DNA of 62,953 bases, counting the filler, from Aduncisulcus paluster (Eukaryota), in NCBI GenBank assembly GCA_024181965.1. It is 7 parts of 7 records of this genome, joined end to end, with 100 filler letters (N's around TTAATTAATTAA, not from the genome) between each part and the next. Parts side by side here need not be neighbours in the genome. Positions count along the whole stretch, not along the records: positions 21,089 to 37,070 come from BQXS01012503.1; 6 more parts are not named here. One strand, 5' to 3'. The notes beneath the pieces were generated by a model. That model was not told the origin of the DNA and did no database searches. It was given only the letters and a program-made list of their open reading frames with translations. Below, one piece after another: positions 22,171 through 32,392 of this stretch. Each line of letters opens with the position of its first letter. The stretch's first letter is position 1. A program made the translations under genes and the position numbers.

Positions 22171-25100
22171 TTATATTAAGAAATGCTGGAACCAAAATTC
22201 CTTCCACAATTGATATCTTCCAAGAGATGATTCAATTCGAAGGAAATTAATCCGTTTTTGTTCTTCTTTCAAGAAATTGTGATTCAAAAATGATGGGATA
22301 ACTGTTGGCTCAAACACATCATCCCAGACACTCAAAGTTCTCAGAGGAATGTCATTCACCGCCCTATCTTGCTCGTTGTCAAACAAAAAGGTGCCATATC
22401 GAGACGACAGTGCAGCATTTGCTATAAATAGCAATAAATCGGTGTTGAATTCGAAATAATCAGGCCATTGAACCATGCACTGATACACTCCCTCCAGCCA
22501 TTGAATGAATACAAATGACACATCTTTATCTCTGAATCGAGAAGAATATTCCCCATTCGAATCACACATGGCCATTCCATTGTCTTTCTTACATTCTTTC
22601 TCCTCTTGCCGAGCATGTTTTGTATCGTGTCGAATCAAGGTACCACCGTGTCGCAACCTGGAAGCAAATCGATGTCCATATGAGCACCATTCCTTCTCAA
22701 TCAGCACAGAAAATCCCTCCAATGTTCTGTAATAGGGGTCCATAAGGAGGCAAGCAAGCGAGGATACTTGGGAAGTTCTATCCCAACCATCGGAACAGTG
22801 CACAAGACAAGAACATCCATATATACCCATCACTTCACATACTTGCATTGTAGCACTCACGAGAAGGGAAATGGAATATGGCCAGAGAGAGGCATAGAGA
22901 GCCTGGGGAAAGGTCTTTGAGGCAAGGTTGGGCGGGGCCGAAAGAGGTGAGAGAGAGGAAAGCAAGAACTGATGTGAGAGTTTACCACATTTTGACACTC
23001 CATATCCTTTGGATAAGTCTGAAGATCCTGTTATCATCGATTCGTGTGGAGAGAATTTGGGTGACGTTGCGGGAGATATGAAAGAGGATCTGGATGGTGG
23101 AGAAGAGGATAGAGGATTCGAAGAGAGCCCAAGATCAGAGCTAGCACCAATTGACTGCAGAAATGATGATTTGTTTGATGTTTTGGTGAACTCAGATATA
23201 ACCCTGGGATGCTCAGACTCCCGAGTTTCATCGATGGATGTAGAACTTGATTCCGTATCTTGATCTTCACTCATTGTTGCTGAATCCTTCTTCAAAGTGA
23301 CTGTTGTGGCACTGGTGGAGGAGATGGAAGAGGCCTCAGCTGTGACACTAAGATCTTCGATTATTCCAGTCGTTGAAACAAGCGTTTCACTTTCCTCGGA
23401 AGGATCTGAGGTTGCTGTGCGGTCAGAACAATTATCCTCAGCTTCAGTGGAAGCAACAGAAACAAGGGGAGAGTCGAGATTGGATCCAACATCATGAGGC
23501 AAAGGATGGCCTGGTATTGGATTGATGGCTTCATCTTTAGGCTCTTCTTTAGTATCTTGTTTTGAAGACTTTATCGACTTCTCATCCTGCTCGATTTCTT
23601 GTTGTTTTATCGATCTTTCCTGATCTAGTTCCCAGTGAAGTCTGCGTTGGGTCATATCCATCCATTTTCTACGCTCACTTCGAATACTCTTTGCCCCAGT
23701 AACCCCGAGTTTCTCCTCGATGGATATCCTTTTCTTAACCTCAGCCACATATCCCTTGTATTCATCCAGATGCTGAGTTGAATTGCCCATTTCTGTAGCA
23801 TGGTCAGATTCCATTTGGGATAGCTTGTGCTTCATCATTGTTCGCAGTATGATCGATGTCTCGCCCCCAATTCCTTCAGTGGCCATGCCTCGATCCACAC
23901 CCATCTCAACGACCGCATCCCACACTTTGTTGTACATTGCTCTGACCCCATGAATGTTATCCATATTCAAGTGAATCACAAGTGCATCGTGGTAATGTTC
24001 AGAGCGTTCAATTCCTCCTTTCCGAACCTTATTGCCTTCAGCTGCTAACGAAGACCTACAATCGAATATAACAAAGGAACAGGGGGGAAGACCAGGAGGT
24101 AGAGGAGGAGGAAGGGATGGAGGTGGCTGAGGAATGGTTAGACTTGGATGGCTTTGGTGTTGTTGGCCAGATGATTTAGAATCATGGGTTACAGATTCGC
24201 ATCGTTTCATGCCAAGGGTCCACTCTTTCCAATCTCTTTCCCATTTTTCACGTTGGATTCGCCAAGATTTCATTCCGTTCATCTCTCTCATATTTCTTGA
24301 TGAAGCCATAATCATTCGGATGTATAATTCATCATAGAAGTTCCTATTACCACGAAATCCTACCTTTGGTTGGGAAGATCTGAACATGCTTGAGTGGTTC
24401 TTAGGATGCATGAAGGACAGAGATGGGAACCGGCCAGATGACCGGTGAGAAACGGCATGTTTGAGGATAGAATGGACAATTGAAGCAAATCCGCATTGCG
24501 GTTGAGATAATATTGAGCGAGGTAAGTTATCAGATAGTGTGTTTGGAGATATGGGATCTTTGTCCTCTGATACATGTACTTTCTGTTCCTCACTACTTCT
24601 TGGTGTTGACGAGAGATCTGAGACAGTAGTACGAGATGCAGACGATGAAAGCTGAGGAATCATATCGCATTGTACTTCCTTGGTATCTTTTGGCTTGGTG
24701 GAAGTATTGGGAGATTTCTTGTGACACGCAGGAAGAGGTATCAAATGAGGAATTACAGTGATAGCAGGATATGTTCCACATGTATCATACGACAAATTAC
24801 ACGGGGATATAGAAAATCCACAGCAACGAATCAGTAGAGCAGAGATGAGTGGACTTGGGGAAAGGACAGAAGGGTGTACGAACACAGGAGTTGAAGAGGA
24901 CAAGACTTTATCGAGATCCTGCTTAAGCAATTGAATAGGTATCTTTGAGGAGTGTGAGGAAGAAAGTTGTCGAAACAAGAACTCCCCACGACTAGGGGAG
25001 GGTGAAAAGGGAGGAAACGAAGGCAAAGAGAGTGTTGGAACTGGTATTAAAGAAGAGATAAGCCCAGTGGAAGGGGTTGACTTCGAATCAAGACATTCGA

Positions 25101-27048
25101 TGGTTGGAGATTTCTTGGATTTTGCGAGTTTTCTATGTTTAAAACCAATTTTTGTTTCACGGTCTTCCATTTCTTTCTCCATGGCCTTATTAATTACCAT
25201 TTTAGTGAAAATGAAGCGTTCTGAAAGAGTTTTGAGAGTGTTTTCCTGGTGAATTATTGACCCTGGTGAAAGGACAGTTGGAGAGGACTGTGCACTGCCT
25301 GAAGCCGAGAGTGAGGACAATCTTGTCGAGGGAGAAGCCCCAAGGAATGTTCTCCTCCCAAATAGTCTTTTCCTGCCCTTTATACCGAATGGTGTTTTTT
25401 GCTCATCTTTCCCTTCTGACCAGTACTTTCGAAGGTGAAGGAAGGAACTTTTGAAGGACATTCGCTGTATCTTATCATATCCATACTCTTGCATCTTTCT
25501 CATGGCATAGAAACGACTCACAGGGTTCAACACAGGTGGGTTGGGGTTCATTGTACCAAATGGACAGCATTGGTACGTACATCCACATGAGAGTTGAGAG
25601 GTATCCGAACCACTGCTCAGACCTGAGCTTGAGGAAGTGGAAGATGAGGAGGGAGAGTTGGTCATCCCATCGTGTGATCCAGAAGAGATGTGAGAGGATG
25701 TGGACCCACTAAGCTCGGGACTCAACGGTGCCTTCTTCTTGCCAGAATCAGAAGCCTTGGGTGCAGAAGGGTGAGCTGGATGGTAAACACATCCGAGTCG
25801 AACATATTCCTTGACAGGGTCATACAGACTCCAACCATATGTCAGTGAGAGATGTTTAAGGAGAGGGGCACTTGAATCACGTTTTGCCCCTTTTCTTGTC
25901 CCCCAAAGACTTACTTTATCCTTGTCCCTCACTTCTCTCCCATGTGTCCACACAAATGATTCATCGTCACCACTTGGGCTTAGCATTGACGCCATCTTGG
26001 ACCCCTTTCCTTGCTTTTGTTTGCTTGATTTAATATCACTTCCAGAGATAGAGCTGGCTCCTTTTCCGATCAAACGTACATTGAGAGCTCTTCTGACCCA
26101 TTCAGACACACATACGTATTCATTCACTTTGGGACGCATTCGATGGTACAATGGGGGTGGAAGAGCGAGGAGATATACCATCGGAGTCTTCATGTGGATC
26201 TCAGTCAGCGAGGAAGGGCAAGACGGGATGGCAAAGGATGGGAACGGTTCAGGAGGGGAGTAAGAGGAAGATAGAGAGAGATATGATGCCGTTGTACCGC
26301 CAGATGAAGAGGATGAAAAATAAGAGTTGCATCCAGAACCGTACCATCCATCACGCTCCATTGACCATTTCAAAATTGAGTCAGATACCCGTTTAACCCA
26401 GGTATTTGATTGTTTAATCTTAAGGATATGTGTATGGGGCAATGATATTGGTGGAAATGAATCGATGGACGACGGAGAGGGATCAAGGGAAAGCGGATGG
26501 AGAGTTGGTTTGGATTGTGATGCGTGAGATCTGTGAATTTCTCCAGTGGATATTTCCTTTGTGGATGGATCACCAATAATAACAATCCTATAATTTGTAA
26601 TATGTAAAACTACCGGTCGAAATGGAAGACAACAGGATAACAGAGAGGAGCTCGGTGCGGATTTAGATTGATCTGTAAAATCTGAAGAGAGATGAGAAAG
26701 AATATGTTTTTTGTAATGATGTGAAAATAAAGAAAATGATGAAAACAGAGTGGAAGAACTCGATACAGAAAATGGCAATGAAGATTTTTGTGATAGAGAT
26801 GAACGCTGTAAGGGCGATTTATAAGATTTTTGTGCCGGAACATAAGAAGGTCGAGGGTTTGGAGAACTTGATTTAGACTTGAATGAATTCGATTGAAGGT
26901 AGTGGGAATAGTCTCCAAATTCAGAAGGAGAATTCACTCCTGTTATAAAAGATGAATTATACAAAGTACAACCTTTTATAGAAGTTATCATATATTCTCC
27001 ATCAAGGAGCCAATTTCGTTTTAACAAGTAACTTGATACATCAGCCAT
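22171..27048 (-). CDS. MTMR: Myotubularin-family phosphoinositide 3-phosphatase, active type, with long Ser-rich insertions
   Basis: LVHCSDGWDRTSQ catalytic loop, DPYYRTLEGFSVLIEKEWCSYGHRF, GWSLYDPVKEY, HRSSGRFPSLS, RSSQPKVG, MDNIHGVR, YGTFLFDNE. Confidence 0.95.
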   Translation of the reverse strand: MADVSSYLLKRNWLLDGEYMITSIKGCTLYNSSFITGVNSPSEFGDYSHYLQSNSFKSKSSSPNPRPSYVPAQKSYKSPLQRSSLSQKSSLPFSVSSSSTLFSSFSLFSHHYKKHILSHLSSDFTDQSKSAPSSSLLSCCLPFRPVVLHITNYRIVIIGDPSTKEISTGEIHRSHASQSKPTLHPLSLDPSPSSIDSFPPISLPHTHILKIKQSNTWVKRVSDSILKWSMERDGWYGSGCNSYFSSSSSGGTTASYLSLSSSYSPPEPFPSFAIPSCPSSLTEIHMKTPMVYLLALPPPLYHRMRPKVNEYVCVSEWVRRALNVRLIGKGASSISGSDIKSSKQKQGKGSKMASMLSPSGDDESFVWTHGREVRDKDKVSLWGTRKGAKRDSSAPLLKHLSLTYGWSLYDPVKEYVRLGCVYHPAHPSAPKASDSGKKKAPLSPELSGSTSSHISSGSHDGMTNSPSSSSTSSSSGLSSGSDTSQLSCGCTYQCCPFGTMNPNPPVLNPVSRFYAMRKMQEYGYDKIQRMSFKSSFLHLRKYWSEGKDEQKTPFGIKGRKRLFGRRTFLGASPSTRLSSLSASGSAQSSPTVLSPGSIIHQENTLKTLSERFIFTKMVINKAMEKEMEDRETKIGFKHRKLAKSKKSPTIECLDSKSTPSTGLISSLIPVPTLSLPSFPPFSPSPSRGEFLFRQLSSSHSSKIPIQLLKQDLDKVLSSSTPVFVHPSVLSPSPLISALLIRCCGFSISPCNLSYDTCGTYPAITVIPHLIPLPACHKKSPNTSTKPKDTKEVQCDMIPQLSSSASRTTVSDLSSTPRSSEEQKVHVSEDKDPISPNTLSDNLPRSILSQPQCGFASIVHSILKHAVSHRSSGRFPSLSFMHPKNHSSMFRSSQPKVGFRGNRNFYDELYIRMIMASSRNMREMNGMKSWRIQREKWERDWKEWTLGMKRCESVTHDSKSSGQQHQSHPSLTIPQPPPSLPPPLPPGLPPCSFVIFDCRSSLAAEGNKVRKGGIERSEHYHDALVIHLNMDNIHGVRAMYNKVWDAVVEMGVDRGMATEGIGGETSIILRTMMKHKLSQMESDHATEMGNSTQHLDEYKGYVAEVKKRISIEEKLGVTGAKSIRSERRKWMDMTQRRLHWELDQERSIKQQEIEQDEKSIKSSKQDTKEEPKDEAINPIPGHPLPHDVGSNLDSPLVSVASTEAEDNCSDRTATSDPSEESETLVSTTGIIEDLSVTAEASSISSTSATTVTLKKDSATMSEDQDTESSSTSIDETRESEHPRVISEFTKTSNKSSFLQSIGASSDLGLSSNPLSSSPPSRSSFISPATSPKFSPHESMITGSSDLSKGYGVSKCGKLSHQFLLSSLSPLSAPPNLASKTFPQALYASLWPYSISLLVSATMQVCEVMGIYGCSCLVHCSDGWDRTSQVSSLACLLMDPYYRTLEGFSVLIEKEWCSYGHRFASRLRHGGTLIRHDTKHARQEEKECKKDNGMAMCDSNGEYSSRFRDKDVSFVFIQWLEGVYQCMVQWPDYFEFNTDLLLFIANAALSSRYGTFLFDNEQDRAVNDIPLRTLSVWDDVFEPTVIPSFLNHNFLKEEQKRINFLRIESSLGRYQLWKEFWFQHFLI

Positions 27049-27296
27049 TAAATAAATTATTGTAGTATAAAATTAAAGTAAACCGTGAAAATAATATTGA
27101 ATTTGTCCTTGTATAAAAAGAAATGAGATTATAATGGGAACAATCGAAGTTTTTTTTTTTTTTAGATCTATTGGATTCATCGAGAGACATTCTTCCGGAA
27201 ATTCGCGTAATACAAATATTAATGAATACAAGTCAAAATAAAAATATCGTCAAGGATATATATTTTATTGAATAATGAAGCTCAGAGTTTCTTTAC

Positions 27297-27764
27297 TTAC
27301 AAAAGGAACTCGAAGGGAACAGGAGCAACAACTTCAACCTTGTCAGCCTTAACAACGTGAGCCTCACGGGGTTGAGCAGGAAGACGCTTAAGAGGAACAT
27401 GCTCGGCAGCGGCGTGAGTCTTCTCGTTGAAAGCAATACGTTTCTTGAACTCGACCTGACACTTAGAAGGAATAACGTGTTCAATACGGACGTAAATACG
27501 CTTCTTCATAATCCTGTTTCTGACTTGCTTGTTCATTTCAACACCGAGAGCACGGGTGGAAACGTTGAAAACACGACCAGTCTTACCCTTGTAGAACTTG
27601 AAAGGCATACCACCGTGAACATTGCTGTTAACAGTAATATCAACATAGTCTCCAATCTTGAAGGGACGGAGGTATGTAGAGGTGTTCAAAATTCCACTCT
27701 TTCCGAACTTACGGGCAAAGCTTCTACGAGTACCACTCCTGAGACCTTTAGACTTAGTTGTCAT
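27297..27764 (-). CDS. RPL21: 60S ribosomal protein L21 (eL21)
   Basis: GLRSGTRRSF, GDYVDI, VHGGMPFKFYKGKTGRVFNV, KRIYVRIEHVIPSKC, LKRLPAQPREAHVV; ends TAA. Confidence 0.98.
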   Translation of the reverse strand: MTTKSKGLRSGTRRSFARKFGKSGILNTSTYLRPFKIGDYVDITVNSNVHGGMPFKFYKGKTGRVFNVSTRALGVEMNKQVRNRIMKKRIYVRIEHVIPSKCQVEFKKRIAFNEKTHAAAEHVPLKRLPAQPREAHVVKADKVEVVAPVPFEFLL

Positions 27765-28300
27765 TATTACTAAACTATATTATTACAATTAAAAAAAAAT
27801 TAAATGAAGAATTAATAGGTATTAAGGTAATTTCATGATTAATACACAGAAAGAAGAGGGAAAGTAAAATCAAAGGGCAAAATTAATATAACATATCGTT
27901 AAATAAAATGAAAAAAACGATACGGAGTAAAACATACACTACCGCAAGCCAGAAAGCGGGGGTATTACAATTTCACTCTCCCTTCTAAAAATAGACATGA
28001 TGAGAAGAGATCTGATATCAATTCAAAGGAAGAATATAAACAAAACTAAAATGACGTTTTTCATCACAATTTATCATTATTGAAATAAAAACCTTGATAT
28101 ATAGGGATATTATCTTTCCAATCCCACAACAACAAAAATCGTGATAAAAACAAATTATTATCCCGAACAAAAAGATTATACTTGAATATATTGCTTGTAA
28201 CGAATTCGAAATTGCCGATAAATTCATCTGAATGTGTGTAATTTCGACATAATTAATCTGTGATCATCATTTGTTGTTGAGAGATATCGGACTGTCCAAG

Positions 28301-31300
28301 ATGGATAAGAAAGAACTTGAAAATTTGTTTTATGTCCTCAATCATCCTGAACATGCTGACCATAAGGAATATTCTAAGAAAATACGGGAATTGTCCGAGA
28401 AGCATAAAATGAAAGCTCTAGAGATTTTTATGGCCGGTTTGGCGGATATATCCAACCCTGCTGAAAGAGCTTTGTGTGCTGTTTTGTTTCGGAGGTTTGT
28501 TGTTGCCTATCAAGGGTGTGACTTTGTTAAAACTAACAAGAATCCTGAGCTTGAAAAAAAGATTACTGATTCCTTGATTCGTATAGTAGAAAACGAACGT
28601 GATCTTATCGTTCAAAAAAGAATAGCTCAATTAATTTCATATTTTGTGACAATGGTTCATGTTGGAATGAGTATGGAGGATAATCCAAGGAAATATGGGT
28701 GGGATATTATTATCAGGAAGACTATTGATTGGTTGGATCACTCATCGACGGAAAATATTTCTTTAACCATCTTTGAAGAGGTTGGAATTGCCTTGGTTAA
28801 CATCGTTCCCACCAGACAGGTTCCTGAATATTTAAGAACTATTTATGATAAATTTAAGACTGTTTTGGAGAATTCCACGCACAAGTCTGTTCCCAAATTA
28901 ATGTGTGCTTCCCTTCGTTGCATGATGAAACTTTTTACCATTGCTGAGAACAAGGAACCCTATGTTGAAGTTTTACGATTCACTTTTGGAGTTATCAAAC
29001 AACTATTGGAGAAAAAAGCTCCTGGTGATTATGCTCAGAATTTGATCAAGTCTCTTATATCTTTGTTTGAGTCTTCCAACTCTTCCGTTATTCCGCATAT
29101 TAAATATATTCACGCCAATTTGAAAGATCTTGTCGCCAATGGTGACATTCCTTCCAATGTTCGTGGGTATGCCTTCGAAGCTGAGGTTGTATTGTGTGAA
29201 CACTTGACAACTGAGGTCAGAAAGAGTATTCCGAACATTGCTCGTGATCTCCTTCCCCTTGCTGTTATTGTCTTTACTGAGGAGATTGATGACACACCCG
29301 AAGACCTTGAGTTATGGGCCAGTGCTAACGGTAAAGATGATTTCCAGGAAACTGACGTTGTCAATATGATTGAGAATGCCGTTGACCGTCTTTGTAATTC
29401 CCTTGGAGGTTCTCTCTGTGGACCTGCTGTTCTTGAGTGTCTTACTGCAGGTCTTCCTTCCCCTATTTGGAAAGTCAGACATGCCGTTCTCATTCTCTTT
29501 GCTCTTTCTGCTGAAGGTATTGCCAGGGCTGGAGCCAGTGAGAAATTGATCCGAGAGTTTGTGGTACCTACGTGGAAACTCATGAAGGACCCTCACCCGC
29601 GTGTGAGATGGGCCTTTGCCAACATGGTGAGTAGATGTGCCCAGGACTTCTACCCAACGTTCATTGATAAGTTTAGTAAGGATGCCATCGATGCTCTCGG
29701 GTTCATGTCTTGTGAGGATAGTTGTGGACGTGTCCGTGCCAAGGCTATCTCCTGTGTCACCGACATTATTGACAAAGGAGGTGTTGAGATCGTTGAGGAA
29801 CACTTTGATAAGATCATGGAAGCTATTAGGAATGTTCTCCGTGTGGATCGTATGGATTGTCGTGCAAATGGTGTCATGTTGTTGGCGAGAGTATCTGAAT
29901 ACGGTGAACACAAGATTCAGTCTGAGTATGGAGCCTTGATCAACCCCATCCTTGAGATGCTCGATAATGTCACCACTGAGGTCGAGAAGAGTATCAAGGA
30001 CGAGTTAATCAACGAGAATATCGCCCATTCTGCCTTCCGTTCAAACCTCATCGAGTGTGCTGCCACAATGTGCCAGGCTGTTGGCAAACGTGAGTCAAAG
30101 AAGGATATTATAACCTTGTTCAATCTTTTGATTCGTTCTATGAAGATTACTATTCGCACCACTGATGACACTGTTCTCCAGAGCACCATGTTGGCCATGT
30201 CTCACGTTGTTCGTCTTATTGAAGAGGATGTCATCCCTGCTCTGCCCCAGATTGTTGAGTATGCCCTCAAGATCGCCTCTGTCGGAGATGAATTCGTCAC
30301 TTCAGGGGAAGATGCCATGGAAGATGGGGACTTTGAGCCAAACAACACAGCCGCCGATGAACGTGCTGCCGCCATGTCCTTGCTGTGTGTTGTTATCTCT
30401 GTTGTCTCTGGTTCTTTCGCTGTATACCTCCCCAAGGCTATTCCTGTGGTTGCTGATGGTCTCAACTCTATCATTTCTGAGGAAGTCAAGATCTACTCTG
30501 CCAATATTCTCGGTGATGTCATTGAATGTGCCGAAGATGGTGTCTCCATGGGAGTTATCAACAAGTCTCAACGCAACGAGATTATTTCGAAGATCATCAA
30601 GGAATGTGTTCCATCAATCATGAACAACATTGTTATGGAGAATTCTGAAGAAGTTGTCGGGGCTTACATTGTGAGTCTTGCCAGGATCGTTGAAGGAGTC
30701 AAGGAGTATGGTGACGTTGTCAAGTCATTGTGGGAAGAGAAGGAAAAGCTTATTCTTAACCCCCTCGCAACAATTGTTATGAACATTCCTGATTATGTTG
30801 AAAGTCGTATTTTTATGGAACTCCACGTGGATGAAGGTGAGATGATGGTCGAATATGAGGATTCGGATGGGGAGCCTGTGAATGGTATCCTTGTTCAGAG
30901 CGAAAAGGTGAGTGAACTCTTGCAAAAGGATGAGATTCTGGCCCTCACTGATACCGACACCATCCCCGAGCACTTACTTGTTGGCCTTGAGCCCTATGAG
31001 AGAGAAGAACTGGTCGATATCATTGCTAAACTCCGTATCAAGGTATCTGTGTTGACAACTGTTCTCACTAACTTCACGAGATATGTTAGAGCTTGTATCA
31101 GAGTGTTTAAGGTTCCTTTCATTGGAATGTTTATTGAGCAGTTCTCAGATATTATGAAGAAATGGAACTCTGGAAACTCATTGCCTCCCGAGAAGACTGC
31201 CTACCTCGCCATTGCCACCGATTGTATTGATTTCTTGCACGGTCAGCACGAAATTGTTGAGAAGTTCGCTGTTATTATTGCTGAGTGTGGTCCTGGTTTC

Positions 31301-31966
31301 CTTGAACGTGGTTTCACTGATCTTCGTCGTAATGCCTTCTTCTCTCTCGGTCTTTTGGCTCAGTTCTACCCTGCCATTGCCACCAAGAGCGGTATTTTGC
31401 CCAGTGTTGTGAAGATGTGTGTTGAAGCGATCACTGTGTCTGATTGTTATTCCATTGAGCTTGCAAAGGTCACTGACAATGCTTTGACGTGTCTTGTTCG
31501 TATTGCTAAATTTGTTGAGGGTTCCGAGGAGTTATTGTCAAAATCTGAGGCTGCTTGTGGTGCTGGCTTGGGCACTGTGAAGGCCGTGTGGAGAGAAGCA
31601 CTGAAGAGGCTTGAGGAGACTCGTGGAGATGCCACCGAGACCCATTGGCTTGTGTCAATCATCATTAAGGAAGCTAACGAAGGAAATGAGGGTATTGTCG
31701 GTGACAGTGGCAATGAGAGTGAGAGGAAGCAATTATTGATCTATCTGACAAAGAGTCTGTTGAAGATGTTCTTCCTTAGGGAGAGAGCTGAGGCAAGGGG
31801 AGATGTAGAGGGTAGTCTTGTCCTTGACGGAAGTGCTGAGAAGCTTGCTGCCAGTTTCTTGAAGAAAATGTCAGCTGCTGCGTCAATCTTTGACGAGGCC
31901 GTCAGTGTTCTTTCAGATAAGCAAAAGGAAGAGTTTAAAGACAGAATTGGGAAACTTGGAGTGTAA
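28301..31966 (+). CDS. Importin-beta family karyopherin, importin-5/Kap121 (or importin-4)-like
   Basis: ~1220-aa HEAT protein with ERALCAVLFRR, AVDRLCNSLGG, WKVRHAVL...AEG, DPHPRVRWA, RSNLIECA..MCQAVGK, VTDNA. Confidence 0.85.
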   Translation: MDKKELENLFYVLNHPEHADHKEYSKKIRELSEKHKMKALEIFMAGLADISNPAERALCAVLFRRFVVAYQGCDFVKTNKNPELEKKITDSLIRIVENERDLIVQKRIAQLISYFVTMVHVGMSMEDNPRKYGWDIIIRKTIDWLDHSSTENISLTIFEEVGIALVNIVPTRQVPEYLRTIYDKFKTVLENSTHKSVPKLMCASLRCMMKLFTIAENKEPYVEVLRFTFGVIKQLLEKKAPGDYAQNLIKSLISLFESSNSSVIPHIKYIHANLKDLVANGDIPSNVRGYAFEAEVVLCEHLTTEVRKSIPNIARDLLPLAVIVFTEEIDDTPEDLELWASANGKDDFQETDVVNMIENAVDRLCNSLGGSLCGPAVLECLTAGLPSPIWKVRHAVLILFALSAEGIARAGASEKLIREFVVPTWKLMKDPHPRVRWAFANMVSRCAQDFYPTFIDKFSKDAIDALGFMSCEDSCGRVRAKAISCVTDIIDKGGVEIVEEHFDKIMEAIRNVLRVDRMDCRANGVMLLARVSEYGEHKIQSEYGALINPILEMLDNVTTEVEKSIKDELINENIAHSAFRSNLIECAATMCQAVGKRESKKDIITLFNLLIRSMKITIRTTDDTVLQSTMLAMSHVVRLIEEDVIPALPQIVEYALKIASVGDEFVTSGEDAMEDGDFEPNNTAADERAAAMSLLCVVISVVSGSFAVYLPKAIPVVADGLNSIISEEVKIYSANILGDVIECAEDGVSMGVINKSQRNEIISKIIKECVPSIMNNIVMENSEEVVGAYIVSLARIVEGVKEYGDVVKSLWEEKEKLILNPLATIVMNIPDYVESRIFMELHVDEGEMMVEYEDSDGEPVNGILVQSEKVSELLQKDEILALTDTDTIPEHLLVGLEPYEREELVDIIAKLRIKVSVLTTVLTNFTRYVRACIRVFKVPFIGMFIEQFSDIMKKWNSGNSLPPEKTAYLAIATDCIDFLHGQHEIVEKFAVIIAECGPGFLERGFTDLRRNAFFSLGLLAQFYPAIATKSGILPSVVKMCVEAITVSDCYSIELAKVTDNALTCLVRIAKFVEGSEELLSKSEAACGAGLGTVKAVWREALKRLEETRGDATETHWLVSIIIKEANEGNEGIVGDSGNESERKQLLIYLTKSLLKMFFLRERAEARGDVEGSLVLDGSAEKLAASFLKKMSAAASIFDEAVSVLSDKQKEEFKDRIGKLGV

Positions 31967-32123
31967 AAAGAAAAGTGAAATGATATATTTATTATTTCCT
32001 GTTTGAATGATCCAGTTTTTCTATCGTCCTAGTTTTTCTCAATTCTTCGTTTTCATGTTTCTCATCTCTTCTAATTTTGAGAATTTAGTCTTGAAATGTT
32101 AATTTATATTGATATATTCTCTT

Positions 32124-32158
<35 letters not shown>

Positions 32159-32392
32159 TCTAGGAAATGGATCTCTTGGTTATTTGAGAGTTCCAAATTT
32201 TGCTGAATTAGAATTTAATTCAGTTTTTCAAAATTATTATATTCTTGGCAAGTCCATACACATATAAAATCGTATTAAAATAAAAACAAAATGCCTTGAT
32301 TTCCGAGGTTTTCATTGATTTGCGTAAATTTTTAAATTCTGATTCAAAAAGAAGGAAATTAAAGTAATAATCGAAACACTCACATATTCGGA

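Noticed and set aside
29003..31713. Many short antisense or alternate-frame ORFs over long genes
   Set aside because: Shadow ORFs produced by codon bias, with no independent motifs.
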